From: a virus
Taxonomy: Duplodnaviria > Caudoviricetes
IMG/VR virus record: IMGVR_UViG_3300050343_000159
Reading direction: 5' to 3' (one strand)
DNA: 64,000 nucleotides
The position numbers and the translations under genes were made by a program. The notes below the pieces were generated by a model. The model saw only the letters and a list, made by a program, of their open reading frames with translations. It had not been told where the DNA came from and did no database searches. Positions 32,272 to 41,678 of this stretch are shown here, piece by piece (position 1 is the first letter of the stretch; each line of letters begins with the position of its first letter).

Positions 32272-32960
32272 ATGAAATCTTAAAAGGAAAAGTAAAAACA
32301 CTTTTCGAAACAGACAATCCTGAAGAAGTGATTATTCGTTATGAGGATTGTGTAACTGCTGGAAACGGACAGATGATTGAATACCCAAAAGGAAAGGGTA
32401 CAGTCTGTTGTTTGATGACAGCAATGTTGTTTGAGTATCTTGAAAGTAACTCAATCAGAACACACTTTATTGATTGTCCTTCATTGGATACTATGAGGTG
32501 TAAGAAACTAAAGATCGCTCCTGTGGAAGTTATCTGTAGGAACATCGCAGCTGGTTCTATTGTAAAAACTACAAATATCACTGAGGGTTTCCTTATTCAA
32601 CCTCCCATCATTGAGTTCTTTCTCAAGGATGATAGTAAGAATGATCCCTTACTCACACCAGATCGTGTGAAGTTGATGGGTATTGATACAGAACCACTGA
32701 TTGAAAAGGCTCGCAATGTTAACGATCTGCTACAACCACTCTTCTTATTGTGTGGTATTGACCTAGTTGACTTTAAACTGGAGTTTGGGTATGACGCCCA
32801 TGGTGATCTCTTCTTGGCTGATGAATTGTCACCAGATAACATGAGGTTATGGAGTAAAGACAGAACAGAACGGTTCGATAAGGACTTGTTCCGTAAGGGA
32901 GAAGGTGATATAGTAGAAGCCTACAAGATTATTTTGACAAAACTGAGGCAGTTTGTATGA
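32268..32960 (+). CDS. purC: SAICAR synthetase
   Basis: GKVK, PVEVICRNIAAGS, EFFLKDD, LVDFKLEFG, LADELSPDNMRLW, FDKDLFR. Confidence 0.93.
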   Translation: MNEILKGKVKTLFETDNPEEVIIRYEDCVTAGNGQMIEYPKGKGTVCCLMTAMLFEYLESNSIRTHFIDCPSLDTMRCKKLKIAPVEVICRNIAAGSIVKTTNITEGFLIQPPIIEFFLKDDSKNDPLLTPDRVKLMGIDTEPLIEKARNVNDLLQPLFLLCGIDLVDFKLEFGYDAHGDLFLADELSPDNMRLWSKDRTERFDKDLFRKGEGDIVEAYKIILTKLRQFV

Positions 32961-33904
32961 GTCGTAATGAATTCGTTTGGGTGGAGAAGTATCGCCCCCA
33001 GACTATTGATGATTGTATTCTTCCTGATAACATCAAGAAGACCTTTATTGATTTCCTAGATAAAGGTGAGGTTCCAAATCTTTTGTTATCGGGACCACCT
33101 GGATGTGGTAAAACCACTGTAGCTAAAGCACTTTGTAACCAATTAGGAGTAGATGTTTATGTCATTAACGGATCCGATGAGGGGAGATTCCTCGATACTG
33201 TCAGAAACAATGCGAAGAATTTCGCTTCGACCGTATCGCTTTCGTCAACTGCTAAACACAAAGTCATCATCATTGACGAAGCAGATAACACAACCCCGGA
33301 TGTACAACTTGCCTTACGGGCGTTTACTGAGGAGTTTATTGGCAACTGTCGATTCATCTTCACCTGCAACTACAAAAACAAAATCGTTGCTCCCCTCCAC
33401 TCCCGATGTGCAGTCATCGACTTTGCCATTAAGGGAAAAGAAAGACAGGAACTTGCAGGAAAGTTTTTCAAAAGACTCCAACAAATCCTGGATCAAGAAT
33501 CTGTTGGATATGACGCAAAAGTCCTTGCAGAACTTATCAACAAACATTTCCCAGACTGGAGAAGAGTACTCAACGAAGTTCAAAGGTATTCGGTCGGGGG
33601 CAAAATCGACTCAGGAATCCTCGCAAGTTTTTCGGATGTAAAGACTAATGATCTCTTTAAAAAACTTAAGTCCAAAGACTTCTCGGCAGTTAGGAAGTGG
33701 GTTGTTGATAATCTTGATAACGATCCCACTGTATTGCTACGTTCTATATACGATGCAATCTACGCCCATCTTGATGGTCCTGGTATCGCTGCCGCTGTAC
33801 TTATTATTGCGAAGTATCAGTACCAAAGTGGCTTCGTTGCTGACCAAGAAATAAATATGTTGGCTTGTCTAACTGAAATCATGGTGGAGGCTGAATTCAA
33901 ATGA
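32957..33904 (+). CDS. g44: Clamp loader large subunit
   Basis: WVEKYRP, GPPGCGKTT, IIIDEAD, PLHSRC. Confidence 0.97.
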   Translation: MSRNEFVWVEKYRPQTIDDCILPDNIKKTFIDFLDKGEVPNLLLSGPPGCGKTTVAKALCNQLGVDVYVINGSDEGRFLDTVRNNAKNFASTVSLSSTAKHKVIIIDEADNTTPDVQLALRAFTEEFIGNCRFIFTCNYKNKIVAPLHSRCAVIDFAIKGKERQELAGKFFKRLQQILDQESVGYDAKVLAELINKHFPDWRRVLNEVQRYSVGGKIDSGILASFSDVKTNDLFKKLKSKDFSAVRKWVVDNLDNDPTVLLRSIYDAIYAHLDGPGIAAAVLIIAKYQYQSGFVADQEINMLACLTEIMVEAEFK

Positions 33905-34182
33905 AAAAACTATTAATAGCTTTGGGTGGAGTTCTCTTACTCTCCTCACCTGTAATGGCTCACAGTAAGGGATATCGTCATCATAGTCGTGGTAGTCACA
34001 CTCACTGCCATAACCACCACAAACGTGGATACAGTCACTGTCACTGGCACTCCCATAGACCTGGAAATGGTCACCATGGAAAGGAATATATGCATGGTAG
34101 AAAACATCATATCCATCATGATCATCGTGGTTATCATGATCACTATGATCATGATTTTGATTTTCAAATTATTATTCGTTGA
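33901..34182 (+). CDS. Secreted His-rich small protein
   Basis: Signal-peptide-like first 20 aa (MKKLLIALGGVLLLSSPVMA); 23 His in the remaining 73 aa; ATGA overlap with g44 stop. Confidence 0.75.
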   Translation: MKKLLIALGGVLLLSSPVMAHSKGYRHHSRGSHTHCHNHHKRGYSHCHWHSHRPGNGHHGKEYMHGRKHHIHHDHRGYHDHYDHDFDFQIIIR

Positions 34183-34185
34183 TTT

Positions 34186-34569
34186 ATGGAACTTAAAGAT
34201 TGGTTGAATTCTCTTAACTTTACCAAAGAGAATCTTATTAGTGATGAACCCCATCTTGCAAAAGAGTATCCACCCTACATTATCAATCGTTGTATGTCTG
34301 GACACATGGATTCAGTCATGTATGCCCAAGAGATGAACAAGTATCACTTCCTTGATAAAGATTTGCAATATAATTTTTATCTAAATACTCTGAGAAAGAG
34401 GAAGAGATTCTCTCCTTGGATTCGGAAGGATAAAGTATCAGATCTTGATTATGTAAAACGTTACTATGGTTATAGTAATGAGAAAGCATCTCAGGTTATG
34501 AAGATTTTGACTCCTGATCAAATTACATACATTAAACAACGACTTGAAACTGGTGGGAGTAAAAAATGA
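34186..34569 (+). CDS. g62: Clamp loader small subunit
   Basis: YPPYIINRCMS, LRKRKRFSPW, VKRYYGYSNEKA. Confidence 0.93.
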   Translation: MELKDWLNSLNFTKENLISDEPHLAKEYPPYIINRCMSGHMDSVMYAQEMNKYHFLDKDLQYNFYLNTLRKRKRFSPWIRKDKVSDLDYVKRYYGYSNEKASQVMKILTPDQITYIKQRLETGGSKK

Positions 34570-35009
34570 GTCAAACTACTGAACCTCAGGTTCAATGGTC
34601 TCAAGATAAAATGATTGAGGTCAGATTGAATGAACCTGATGATTTCCTGAAAGTCCGTGAAACTTTAACTCGTATTGGTGTGGCTTCTCGTAAAGAGAAA
34701 AAACTATATCAGTCTTGTCATATCCTTCATAAGCAAGGTAAGTATTATATCGTTCACTTCAAAGAACTATTTGCTCTTGACGGTAAGTATGCAAACCTTA
34801 CTATCAATGATGTACAACGTAGAAACCGTATCACCAAACTCCTCTCTGATTGGGGTTTGATTGATGTATGTACAGAGGATGAGATTATCGATATCGCACC
34901 ACTGAACCAGATTAAGGTTCTTCCGTATAAGGAAAAGAGTGAGTGGATCTTGGAACAGAAGTACAATATCGGATCGAAAAAGAACCAGGGTAGTGAAACC
35001 CCACAATAA
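34566..35009 (+). CDS. regA: Translational repressor RegA
   Basis: DDFLKVRETLTRIGVA, LYQSCHILHKQGKYYIVHFKELF. Confidence 0.97.
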   Translation: MSQTTEPQVQWSQDKMIEVRLNEPDDFLKVRETLTRIGVASRKEKKLYQSCHILHKQGKYYIVHFKELFALDGKYANLTINDVQRRNRITKLLSDWGLIDVCTEDEIIDIAPLNQIKVLPYKEKSEWILEQKYNIGSKKNQGSETPQ

Positions 35010-35017
35010 ATAAGACT

Positions 35018-35093
35018 GAGACTCTTTTCGTGCGGTCTCTACGAAAGTCGGAAACCCGAAACCCCAGAGGTGCTTGACACTTCTGGGGTTTTT
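35018..35093 (+). ncRNA. Candidate small RNA: H-type pseudoknot followed by terminator hairpin
   Basis: TAAATA at 35007-35012; GAGAC/GTCTC and TTTCGT/ACGAAA interleaved pairings; AAACCCCAGAGGTG/CACTTCTGGGGTTT hairpin plus T-tract. Confidence 0.4.
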
Positions 35094-35102
35094 CCTTATA
35101 AT
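35074..35102 (+). promoter_or_regulatory. Consensus sigma70 promoter driving the inserted cassette
   Basis: TTGACA-17 nt-TATAAT; the -35 box lies in the loop and stem of the terminator hairpin. Confidence 0.8.
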
Positions 35103-35123
35103 GGGTTTCTATAGAATAAACCA

Positions 35124-35729
35124 ATGGAAGTCCAAGCACACGGCAACGTTTATGAAGATTGCGTTATTCGTGAAAGAACTGACATGTCTAAGGATCAGTA
35201 TGATGCACTGAAACCCAATGGATATACTTCTGAGTTTGATTTATCTAAGGGTCTTGTAGTTGACTACAACGGCAGTATCAAAACTACTAAGAACAATACT
35301 ATTTGTTGTTCAGATGTTGTCCGTAAGATGACACATAATAACTATCGTCTTATTGTTGGTCAGTATACTCAGGTAGGTAAAGAGAAAGTATTTCATACTG
35401 AGTATGAGTTCTTTATTACTCCAGACGATGATAAGGCACTCTGGGGTCAGATGGACATTCAAGAAGTACGTGAGTTTGTTGACTATGTAAAGAGCATTCC
35501 TTCTGGTAAGGAAGCACAATTAAGCACTAAGTCTCAACGTCAAACACTTCAAAAACAAGCACAAGACAAAAGTGCATTGTTCAAACTCAATCCAAAGGTT
35601 GATAGTAAGAAACAACGTCGTGTTCAATGTTCACTTCACATTAACAAACTGATTGCTGCTGGTGTAAAATATACAAAGAAAGATATCAATTACACTGTAG
35701 TTTCTGCACCCCGTAAGTTTAATAAATGA
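35124..35729 (+). CDS. Putative type II restriction endonuclease (PD-(D/E)xK-like)
   Basis: QAHGNVYE helix, FD...SIKT putative catalytic motif; coupled to a methyltransferase. Confidence 0.5.
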   Translation: MEVQAHGNVYEDCVIRERTDMSKDQYDALKPNGYTSEFDLSKGLVVDYNGSIKTTKNNTICCSDVVRKMTHNNYRLIVGQYTQVGKEKVFHTEYEFFITPDDDKALWGQMDIQEVREFVDYVKSIPSGKEAQLSTKSQRQTLQKQAQDKSALFKLNPKVDSKKQRRVQCSLHINKLIAAGVKYTKKDINYTVVSAPRKFNK

Positions 35730-36235
35730 GAGCATTCTGTCCACCTAAAAATACTCCCGACAAGGATATTGTCATGACGCCAGAATATCTGGCAGTCGAG
35801 ATTATCAATCATTTTGCACCAACTGGTGTCATTCTTGATCCTAGTCACGGGGGACAGGTGCTTTCTATGATAACTTTAACACTGATAATAAACGAGTGGT
35901 GTGAACTTGCAGAGGATAAAGACTTTCTAACTTACAATAATAAAGTAGATTGGATTATCACCAACCCACCATGGAGTTTGATGCAAAAATTCCTTGCACA
36001 TGGTATGGAGATTGCTGATAATATTGTGTATCTCACAACTATCAATCACTACACTACAAAACGTAGGATTCGTGATATGTGTAAATCAGGTTTTGCATTA
36101 AAAGAGATATACAATGTTCCTACACCTACGAAACCTTGGCCTCAATTAGGGTTCCAACTTGCTGCTGTTCATACTCAACGTGGATGGGATGGTGATATTA
36201 AGTTTAGTTATTCTACCAACAGTATGATGTATTGA
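35726..36235 (+). CDS. DNA amino-methyltransferase (N6A/N4C)
   Basis: WIITNPPW motif IV; motif I (LDPS-GTGAFYDNF) is recoverable in an alternative frame between two compensating indels at about 35845-35890. Confidence 0.8.
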   Translation: MRAFCPPKNTPDKDIVMTPEYLAVEIINHFAPTGVILDPSHGGQVLSMITLTLIINEWCELAEDKDFLTYNNKVDWIITNPPWSLMQKFLAHGMEIADNIVYLTTINHYTTKRRIRDMCKSGFALKEIYNVPTPTKPWPQLGFQLAAVHTQRGWDGDIKFSYSTNSMMY

Positions 36236-36323
36236 ATAAATGTAGTATAATTATTGAGTTACTAAATAACACTGAGATTTGATAAGTCAGATCTTATAAC
36301 CCTATAATTTTGGAGATTCCAAG

Positions 36324-37499
36324 ATGGCAAAAAAATTAAAGTGGGGAGCTTTCTCCACGGATGAATTGTCTCTAGACAGAGATGATGATATTTTCATTGA
36401 TTTTCCTTTCCTTGAATATGTTGGAATGGAAATGAATAACGTGAACGAATTTAGTGTTGGTGATAACACAGTTCGTGGAACTAAAGATACAGTATCTCAA
36501 AAGATTGTAGGACTGTCTGGATCACTTCCTGGTGGATGGGAACGTACATCTTGGCCAATCCCCTTTCTTCCTGATAAAAAAACAACTAATGTTAAGAATA
36601 AAATAGCATTTGATCGTCGTCACACTCTTAAGGTTTGTCGATTACTTCCTGGAATTAAGCAAGTTCCCTCAGCAGAATATAAGAGAGTTTTTCCATCTTT
36701 TGGTGGAGTTATCAATTCTTTTAGTGACCATTCAATTCTCACCATGGGTGCAATGTGGGGAAATGTGCATGGTCCTACCAAAGATGATACAAGGGATCAT
36801 ATGTTTGAGATTGCTTGTGCAAGTATTCTAAAAGATGAAAATAATTTACATGAAGAAGATCTTCTCACTAGAGATTTTGTGAAAAGAATTCTTACTTACA
36901 TGAGTTGTTATGATCGGTATAACAACAATAATACTGTTGTAGAGAGAATTGTAACTAAGATATTGGATTCTTTGAGAGATCCTGAAACAGTTTCTGGAAG
37001 ATTGTCACAAAATATCAATCAAGAAGACCTTGATAATTTTATTAATGAGTCTGATGATTGGCAACCACATAATACAGAGAACGACAAATATAAGTTTGTA
37101 GTGGTTCCCCTCCAAGATAATCCCAGTTTTTGCTTCACTTATGCCGAAAGGATTCTTACAACCGTGTGTAAGAATGAGGCAGAGGCAACACAGGTAACTG
37201 TTGAAGGAACTTTACCACCAAAAATTACAAGAGTATTACTCTGGAACGGAACTAATCCTTCTCCTCAAAAAATTGTTGCATCACGTCAAAAGTTCAAAAA
37301 ACAACTTAACATTTCCTGGCAAACAAGAAGAGATAATGTTCTTAAAACTATTGAGAATATTTTGAATCCCACTATTATTGATAATTATCGGAAAAAACTT
37401 TCTGATTTGAATATGGAAATTTGGTGTATGAATCAAATTGATGATGAGAATGAACCATTTGAAATGTGTTTTGAAGATGAGGTGTGTGAACCCGAATAA
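36324..37499 (+). CDS. Hypothetical protein, possible ParB/Srx-like N-terminal domain
   Basis: 391-aa clean ORF; FDRRHTL resembles the ParB-like (I/V)DGxHR motif (weak). Confidence 0.6.
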   Translation: MAKKLKWGAFSTDELSLDRDDDIFIDFPFLEYVGMEMNNVNEFSVGDNTVRGTKDTVSQKIVGLSGSLPGGWERTSWPIPFLPDKKTTNVKNKIAFDRRHTLKVCRLLPGIKQVPSAEYKRVFPSFGGVINSFSDHSILTMGAMWGNVHGPTKDDTRDHMFEIACASILKDENNLHEEDLLTRDFVKRILTYMSCYDRYNNNNTVVERIVTKILDSLRDPETVSGRLSQNINQEDLDNFINESDDWQPHNTENDKYKFVVVPLQDNPSFCFTYAERILTTVCKNEAEATQVTVEGTLPPKITRVLLWNGTNPSPQKIVASRQKFKKQLNISWQTRRDNVLKTIENILNPTIIDNYRKKLSDLNMEIWCMNQIDDENEPFEMCFEDEVCEPE

Positions 37500-37604
37500 A
37501 AAGTAGGGGTTACTACACCCCGTTTTTTATACATCTGTTATAATTAGTATGTGGTCGTCGAAAGAGGCCACACATTTCAAACTCGCTTACTAAAGGAGTA
37601 ACAC

Positions 37605-38048
37605 ATGACTACACTAGCACGCTACAACTCTGCAAACATCAACCAACTGATGGAACGTTTGCAACGAAACACGATCGGTATGGATGATTATTTTGATCGT
37701 GTATTCAGCTACGAAGCACAAAGCTATCCCCCATATAACCTCGTTCAGGTTTCTGAGGATGAGTCCCGTCTAGAACTGGCTCTAGCAGGTTTCAGTCAGG
37801 ATGAGGTAAAGGTCTACACTGAGAAGGGTTATCTGGTTATTGAGGGACAGAAGGAGAGCTCAGACGGACGGGAGTATATCCACCGTGGTCTGGCATCACG
37901 TTCCTTCACTCGTTCCTGGTCTATCTCAGAAGACACTGAAGTCTCTGATGTAAACTTTGAGAATGGTCTTCTGGTAGTAACACTGGCGCGAGTTATTCCT
38001 GAGAACCGCCGCCGTCGTTATCTTATGGGAGGTGCCGACACTAAATAA
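37605..38048 (+). CDS. hsp20: Small heat shock protein Hsp20
   Basis: YPPYNL, LELALAGF, YIHRGLASRSFTRSW, FENGLLVV; AAGGAG RBS. Confidence 0.95.
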   Translation: MTTLARYNSANINQLMERLQRNTIGMDDYFDRVFSYEAQSYPPYNLVQVSEDESRLELALAGFSQDEVKVYTEKGYLVIEGQKESSDGREYIHRGLASRSFTRSWSISEDTEVSDVNFENGLLVVTLARVIPENRRRRYLMGGADTK

Positions 38049-38064
38049 TCTATATCGTCGCCGC

Positions 38065-38108
38065 GGGAGGCACCTGGTCAGTAATCAGGTTGCCCTCCCC
38101 CTTTTTTT
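38065..38108 (+). terminator. Long GC-rich hairpin plus T7 tract after hsp20
   Basis: GGGAGGCACCTG / CAGGTTGCCCTCCC then TTTTTTT. Confidence 0.7.
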
Positions 38109-38139
38109 GCACTATAATAATAGGAGATACTGTCTGAAT

Positions 38140-38286
38140 ATGGCAACCCGTACATACAAGAAAATCGATAGTAAAGGTCGTGAAGAAACTTGGGAGTGGG
38201 AAGAAACTCCTGAAGTTGTGGCAGCAGTCAAACAACTTCATGCCACTATCGCACAAAACAAACTGAGACTCGAAGAACTAAAATGA
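38140..38286 (+). CDS. Small hypothetical protein (48 aa)
   Basis: AGGAG RBS; MATRTYKKIDSKGREETWEW. Confidence 0.55.
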   Translation: MATRTYKKIDSKGREETWEWEETPEVVAAVKQLHATIAQNKLRLEELK

Positions 38287-38645
38287 CTGTAAAAGTAGTA
38301 TTACTCAAATCAGGTGAAGACATCATCGCTGATGTTGAGGAGATGATCGTAGGCGAACCCGCAAAGGTAGTTGGATATTTCTTTAACTATCCTTGTTCTG
38401 TAAAACTTCTAGGCAATGAACCTGTGAAGGATAGAAAGAGTTCTCCCTTCAAGCTTCGTATCACACCATGGGCACCACTTTCTAAGGATCAAAAGATTCC
38501 TGTGGTAGCAGATTGGATTGTCAGTATTATGGAACCCATCGATGATCTTCTAGATATGTACACAACAAGTATTAAAGACTATGAACAAAGACAATCTAAA
38601 ACTACTAGTTCTACCGACGAATCAGATTCTACTGACTCAGATTGA
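38283..38645 (+). CDS. Conserved cyanophage hypothetical protein
   Basis: VVLLKSGEDIIADVEE; usual position between hsp20 and g43. Confidence 0.75.
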   Translation: MTVKVVLLKSGEDIIADVEEMIVGEPAKVVGYFFNYPCSVKLLGNEPVKDRKSSPFKLRITPWAPLSKDQKIPVVADWIVSIMEPIDDLLDMYTTSIKDYEQRQSKTTSSTDESDSTDSD

Positions 38646-38844
38646 AGAAGCTGGTGGTGATATCGGTGAACCTGATTGTAGGTTGGTTGAACCTTTTGTA
38701 GTGAATGGTGATGGAACTCTGGCTCCATGGTTAGTTTCTCTTACCAATCAGAACTCATTCATGATTCATTCTGATAAGATCTTGACTATCGTGGAACCTA
38801 ATGGTACACTAGTAGATAAGTACAGCGACCTGGTGAAGGAATGA
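38581..38844 (+). CDS. Conserved cyanophage hypothetical protein
   Basis: EPDCRLVEPF...LAPW...IHSDKILTIVEP. Confidence 0.75.
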   Translation: MNKDNLKLLVLPTNQILLTQIEEAGGDIGEPDCRLVEPFVVNGDGTLAPWLVSLTNQNSFMIHSDKILTIVEPNGTLVDKYSDLVKE

Positions 38845-40301
38845 ACTTTTACGCCAATGTGATTATGGTTGGAAATGATTTCCTCGTTCGTGGTTATGAA
38901 AATGGCAAAAGAGTTCAATACAGAGAAAAGTTCCAACCCACCTTGTTTGTCAAATCAAACAGGGAGAGTGAGTGGAAGACATTGGAAGGTGAGAATGTAG
39001 AGCCCATTCAACCTGGGTATGTTCGTGATTGTCGTGAGTTCTACAAGAAGTATGATGGTGTAGATGGTTTCAAGATCTATGGAAATGATCGATACATCTA
39101 CCAATACATGTCTGAGAAGTTTCCACAAGATGAAATCAAGTGGGACATGTCTAAGATTAAACTTGTTACTATTGATATTGAGGTGAAGTCAGAAGATGGA
39201 TTCCCCTCACCAGACTCTTGTTCGGAGGAGATGCTAACCATCTCTATTCAGGATTACAACACCAAGCAGATTCTTACTTGGGGACGTAAACCTTACACTC
39301 CATCACAAAAGAATGTCACATATTTCCATCATGAAGAAGAAGTGGATATGCTGAGAGCATTCATCAACTGGTGGAATGAAGATCCCCCAGAGGTTATTAC
39401 TGGATGGAACTGTAGGTTGTATGATATTCCATATCTTTGTGGTCGTGTGGATAGGATAATGGGAACCAAAGAGATGAAGAGATTGTCTCCTTGGAATATC
39501 ATTCAACACGATGAGGTATACATCAATGGTAGACCACACAATGTATACAATATTGCAGGTGTAACTACACTTGACTTTATGGATCTCTATAAGAAGTTCA
39601 CCTATGTGAACCGAGAGAGTTATCGATTAGACTTTATTGCAGAAACAGAATTGGGACAGAAGAAGTTGGACCACTCAGAGTTCAACACTTTCAAAGAGTT
39701 CTATGATGGAGACTGGAAGAAGTTTGTAGATTATAACATCGTTGACGTGGAGCTGGTTGATAGGATGGAGGATAAACTTCGTCTGATTGAACTGGTGATT
39801 ACTATGGCATTTGATGCTAAAGTGAACTTTGTTGATCCTATGTTCCAGGTTAGATTGTGGGATACAATCATCTATAACTATCTAAAGAAAAGGAATATTG
39901 TAGTTCCTCAAATGGATAGAACAGACAAGGATTCAAAGTTCGCAGGTGCATATGTTAAAGAACCGGTACCGGGAGTCTATGATTGGGTTGTCAGTTTTGA
40001 CCTTAACTCTCTCTATCCTCATCTTATCATGCAGTATAACATCTCCCCAGAAACTCTCTTGGACGAAAAACATCCAACGGCCACAGTTGATCGAATTCTT
40101 GATGAGACGGTGAACTTTGAAATGTATAAAGACAATGCAGTTTGTGCCAATGGTGCAATGTATCGTAAGGATGTAAAAGGTTTCCTACCTGAGTTGATGG
40201 AGAAGATGTATGCTGAACGTAAGGCATTCAAGGGTAAGATGTTGAAGAGTAAACAGAAACTCGTTGACATTGAAGCTGAAATGAAGAAGAGAGGTTTGTG
40301 A
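38841..40301 (+). CDS. g43: DNA polymerase gp43, N-terminal part (exonuclease domain plus palm motif A)
   Basis: TIDIEV (ExoI), TGWNCRLYD (ExoII), YNIVDV (ExoIII), SFDLNSLYP (motif A); ends in the first fingers helix. Confidence 0.95.
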   Translation: MNFYANVIMVGNDFLVRGYENGKRVQYREKFQPTLFVKSNRESEWKTLEGENVEPIQPGYVRDCREFYKKYDGVDGFKIYGNDRYIYQYMSEKFPQDEIKWDMSKIKLVTIDIEVKSEDGFPSPDSCSEEMLTISIQDYNTKQILTWGRKPYTPSQKNVTYFHHEEEVDMLRAFINWWNEDPPEVITGWNCRLYDIPYLCGRVDRIMGTKEMKRLSPWNIIQHDEVYINGRPHNVYNIAGVTTLDFMDLYKKFTYVNRESYRLDFIAETELGQKKLDHSEFNTFKEFYDGDWKKFVDYNIVDVELVDRMEDKLRLIELVITMAFDAKVNFVDPMFQVRLWDTIIYNYLKKRNIVVPQMDRTDKDSKFAGAYVKEPVPGVYDWVVSFDLNSLYPHLIMQYNISPETLLDEKHPTATVDRILDETVNFEMYKDNAVCANGAMYRKDVKGFLPELMEKMYAERKAFKGKMLKSKQKLVDIEAEMKKRGL

Positions 40302-40564
40302 TGGAATTACCAGAGATCATCAGAAAGAATTCATTTGCTTGTTTTGGTAGTTTAAATGCTTCTGAGAGATCAGTCATCTTAATGGGTGATGATGAGTATC
40401 GTAAATCACTAGACCTTGAGAATGATGATGCTCCCTGTTGGAAGATTCCAAGTAAGGAATCAACAACATTTGTTGGATGGAATCCCCAATGTATTCCAAC
40501 AATTGATTACATAGTATGGAAACTAGAACGCCTTGAAAAAATTACTACAGGAGAAATTCACTAA
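40298..40564 (+). CDS. Hypothetical protein inside the split g43
   Basis: Start overlaps g43A stop; 88 aa. Confidence 0.7.
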   Translation: MMELPEIIRKNSFACFGSLNASERSVILMGDDEYRKSLDLENDDAPCWKIPSKESTTFVGWNPQCIPTIDYIVWKLERLEKITTGEIH

Positions 40565-40764
40565 TGGCATTATCTAATTCAGTTGAAGAGTCACTTAAAG
40601 AAGCATCTGGACATTTACGCAACGCATTATCATTTGCTGCTAGACAAGAAAGACCTGTTGTTTGTGTACAAATTTCTAAGTTGATTAGTGATATTGAAAA
40701 CATCGGTTCTTTTGATAATATTCTTGATACACTCGACAACACAATTGCGGAGATGGAAGACTAA
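40564..40764 (+). CDS. Hypothetical protein inside the split g43
   Basis: TAATG coupling; LRNALSFAARQERP. Confidence 0.7.
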   Translation: MALSNSVEESLKEASGHLRNALSFAARQERPVVCVQISKLISDIENIGSFDNILDTLDNTIAEMED

Positions 40765-41678
40765 TGGATTACAAAACTTCTGGCGTTGATATTGAAAAGG
40801 GAAAAGCATTCGTAGAACATCTTAAAATTATGGCACCTAAAATTGGTGGATTTAATGGAATGTATCCTCTTCCAAAAGGATATGAAAGACCGGTCTTGGT
40901 ATCTGGTGCTGATGGTGTCGGAACTAAGATGAATATCTGTAGGATTGCCTTTGACTACACTACAATTGGAATTGATTTAGTTGCAATGTGTGTCAATGAT
41001 GTAATCTGTAGTGGTGCTAAACCATTGTACTTCTTAGATTATATCTCTACTAAAAATATAAACTCTAGTGTCAATGAAATTGTATCTGGAATTGTCAAAG
41101 GATGTGAGATTTCTGGAATGGACCTTCTAGGTGGAGAGACTGCAGAACATTTCAGAGCAACTGATTATGACCTTGCTGGTTTTGTACTGGTATTGTAGAG
41201 AAATATGAGATTGTTAATGGTAGTAGTATCCGAGCTGGTGATGTAGTCATTGGTATTGAGAGTAGTGGTCTTCATAGTAATGGATACACTCTTATCAATG
41301 ATATGTTGAGTAAACATAAAATCTTCTATAAAGGATATGCCAGAGTTGTTAACACCAACTACAATCTATTCTCCTTTGATTCAATATCTTTTGGATCAAG
41401 TTCCTATTCTTGGTATGGCACACATCACAGGTGGTGGTATTCCCGAAAATCTTCCTAGGTGTCTCCCCGAAGGATTGAGTGCAAATGTTGATTACAATTC
41501 TTGGGAAAGACCAGAACTCTTTGATAAGATACAAAAAGCTGGTGATATCACTGAAGAGGAGATGAAAAACGTATTCAATCTTGGTATCGGATTCTGTTTG
41601 GTTGTTCCACCAGATGTGGTAGAATTGACTCAATCACTTATTAGTATGAAGTCCTGGGTCATCGGAGTAGTTGAATGA
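40764..41678 (+). CDS. purM: Phosphoribosylformylglycinamidine cyclo-ligase (AIR synthase); two homopolymer indels
   Basis: [56 protein letters not shown]; breaks at about 41180 (T-run) and 41330 (A-run). Confidence 0.92.

Noticed and set aside
41170-41340. purM pseudogene
   Set aside because: Both breaks are single-base changes in homopolymer runs (T4 for T5; an extra A), with conserved motifs intact between them. These are typical pyrosequencing errors.
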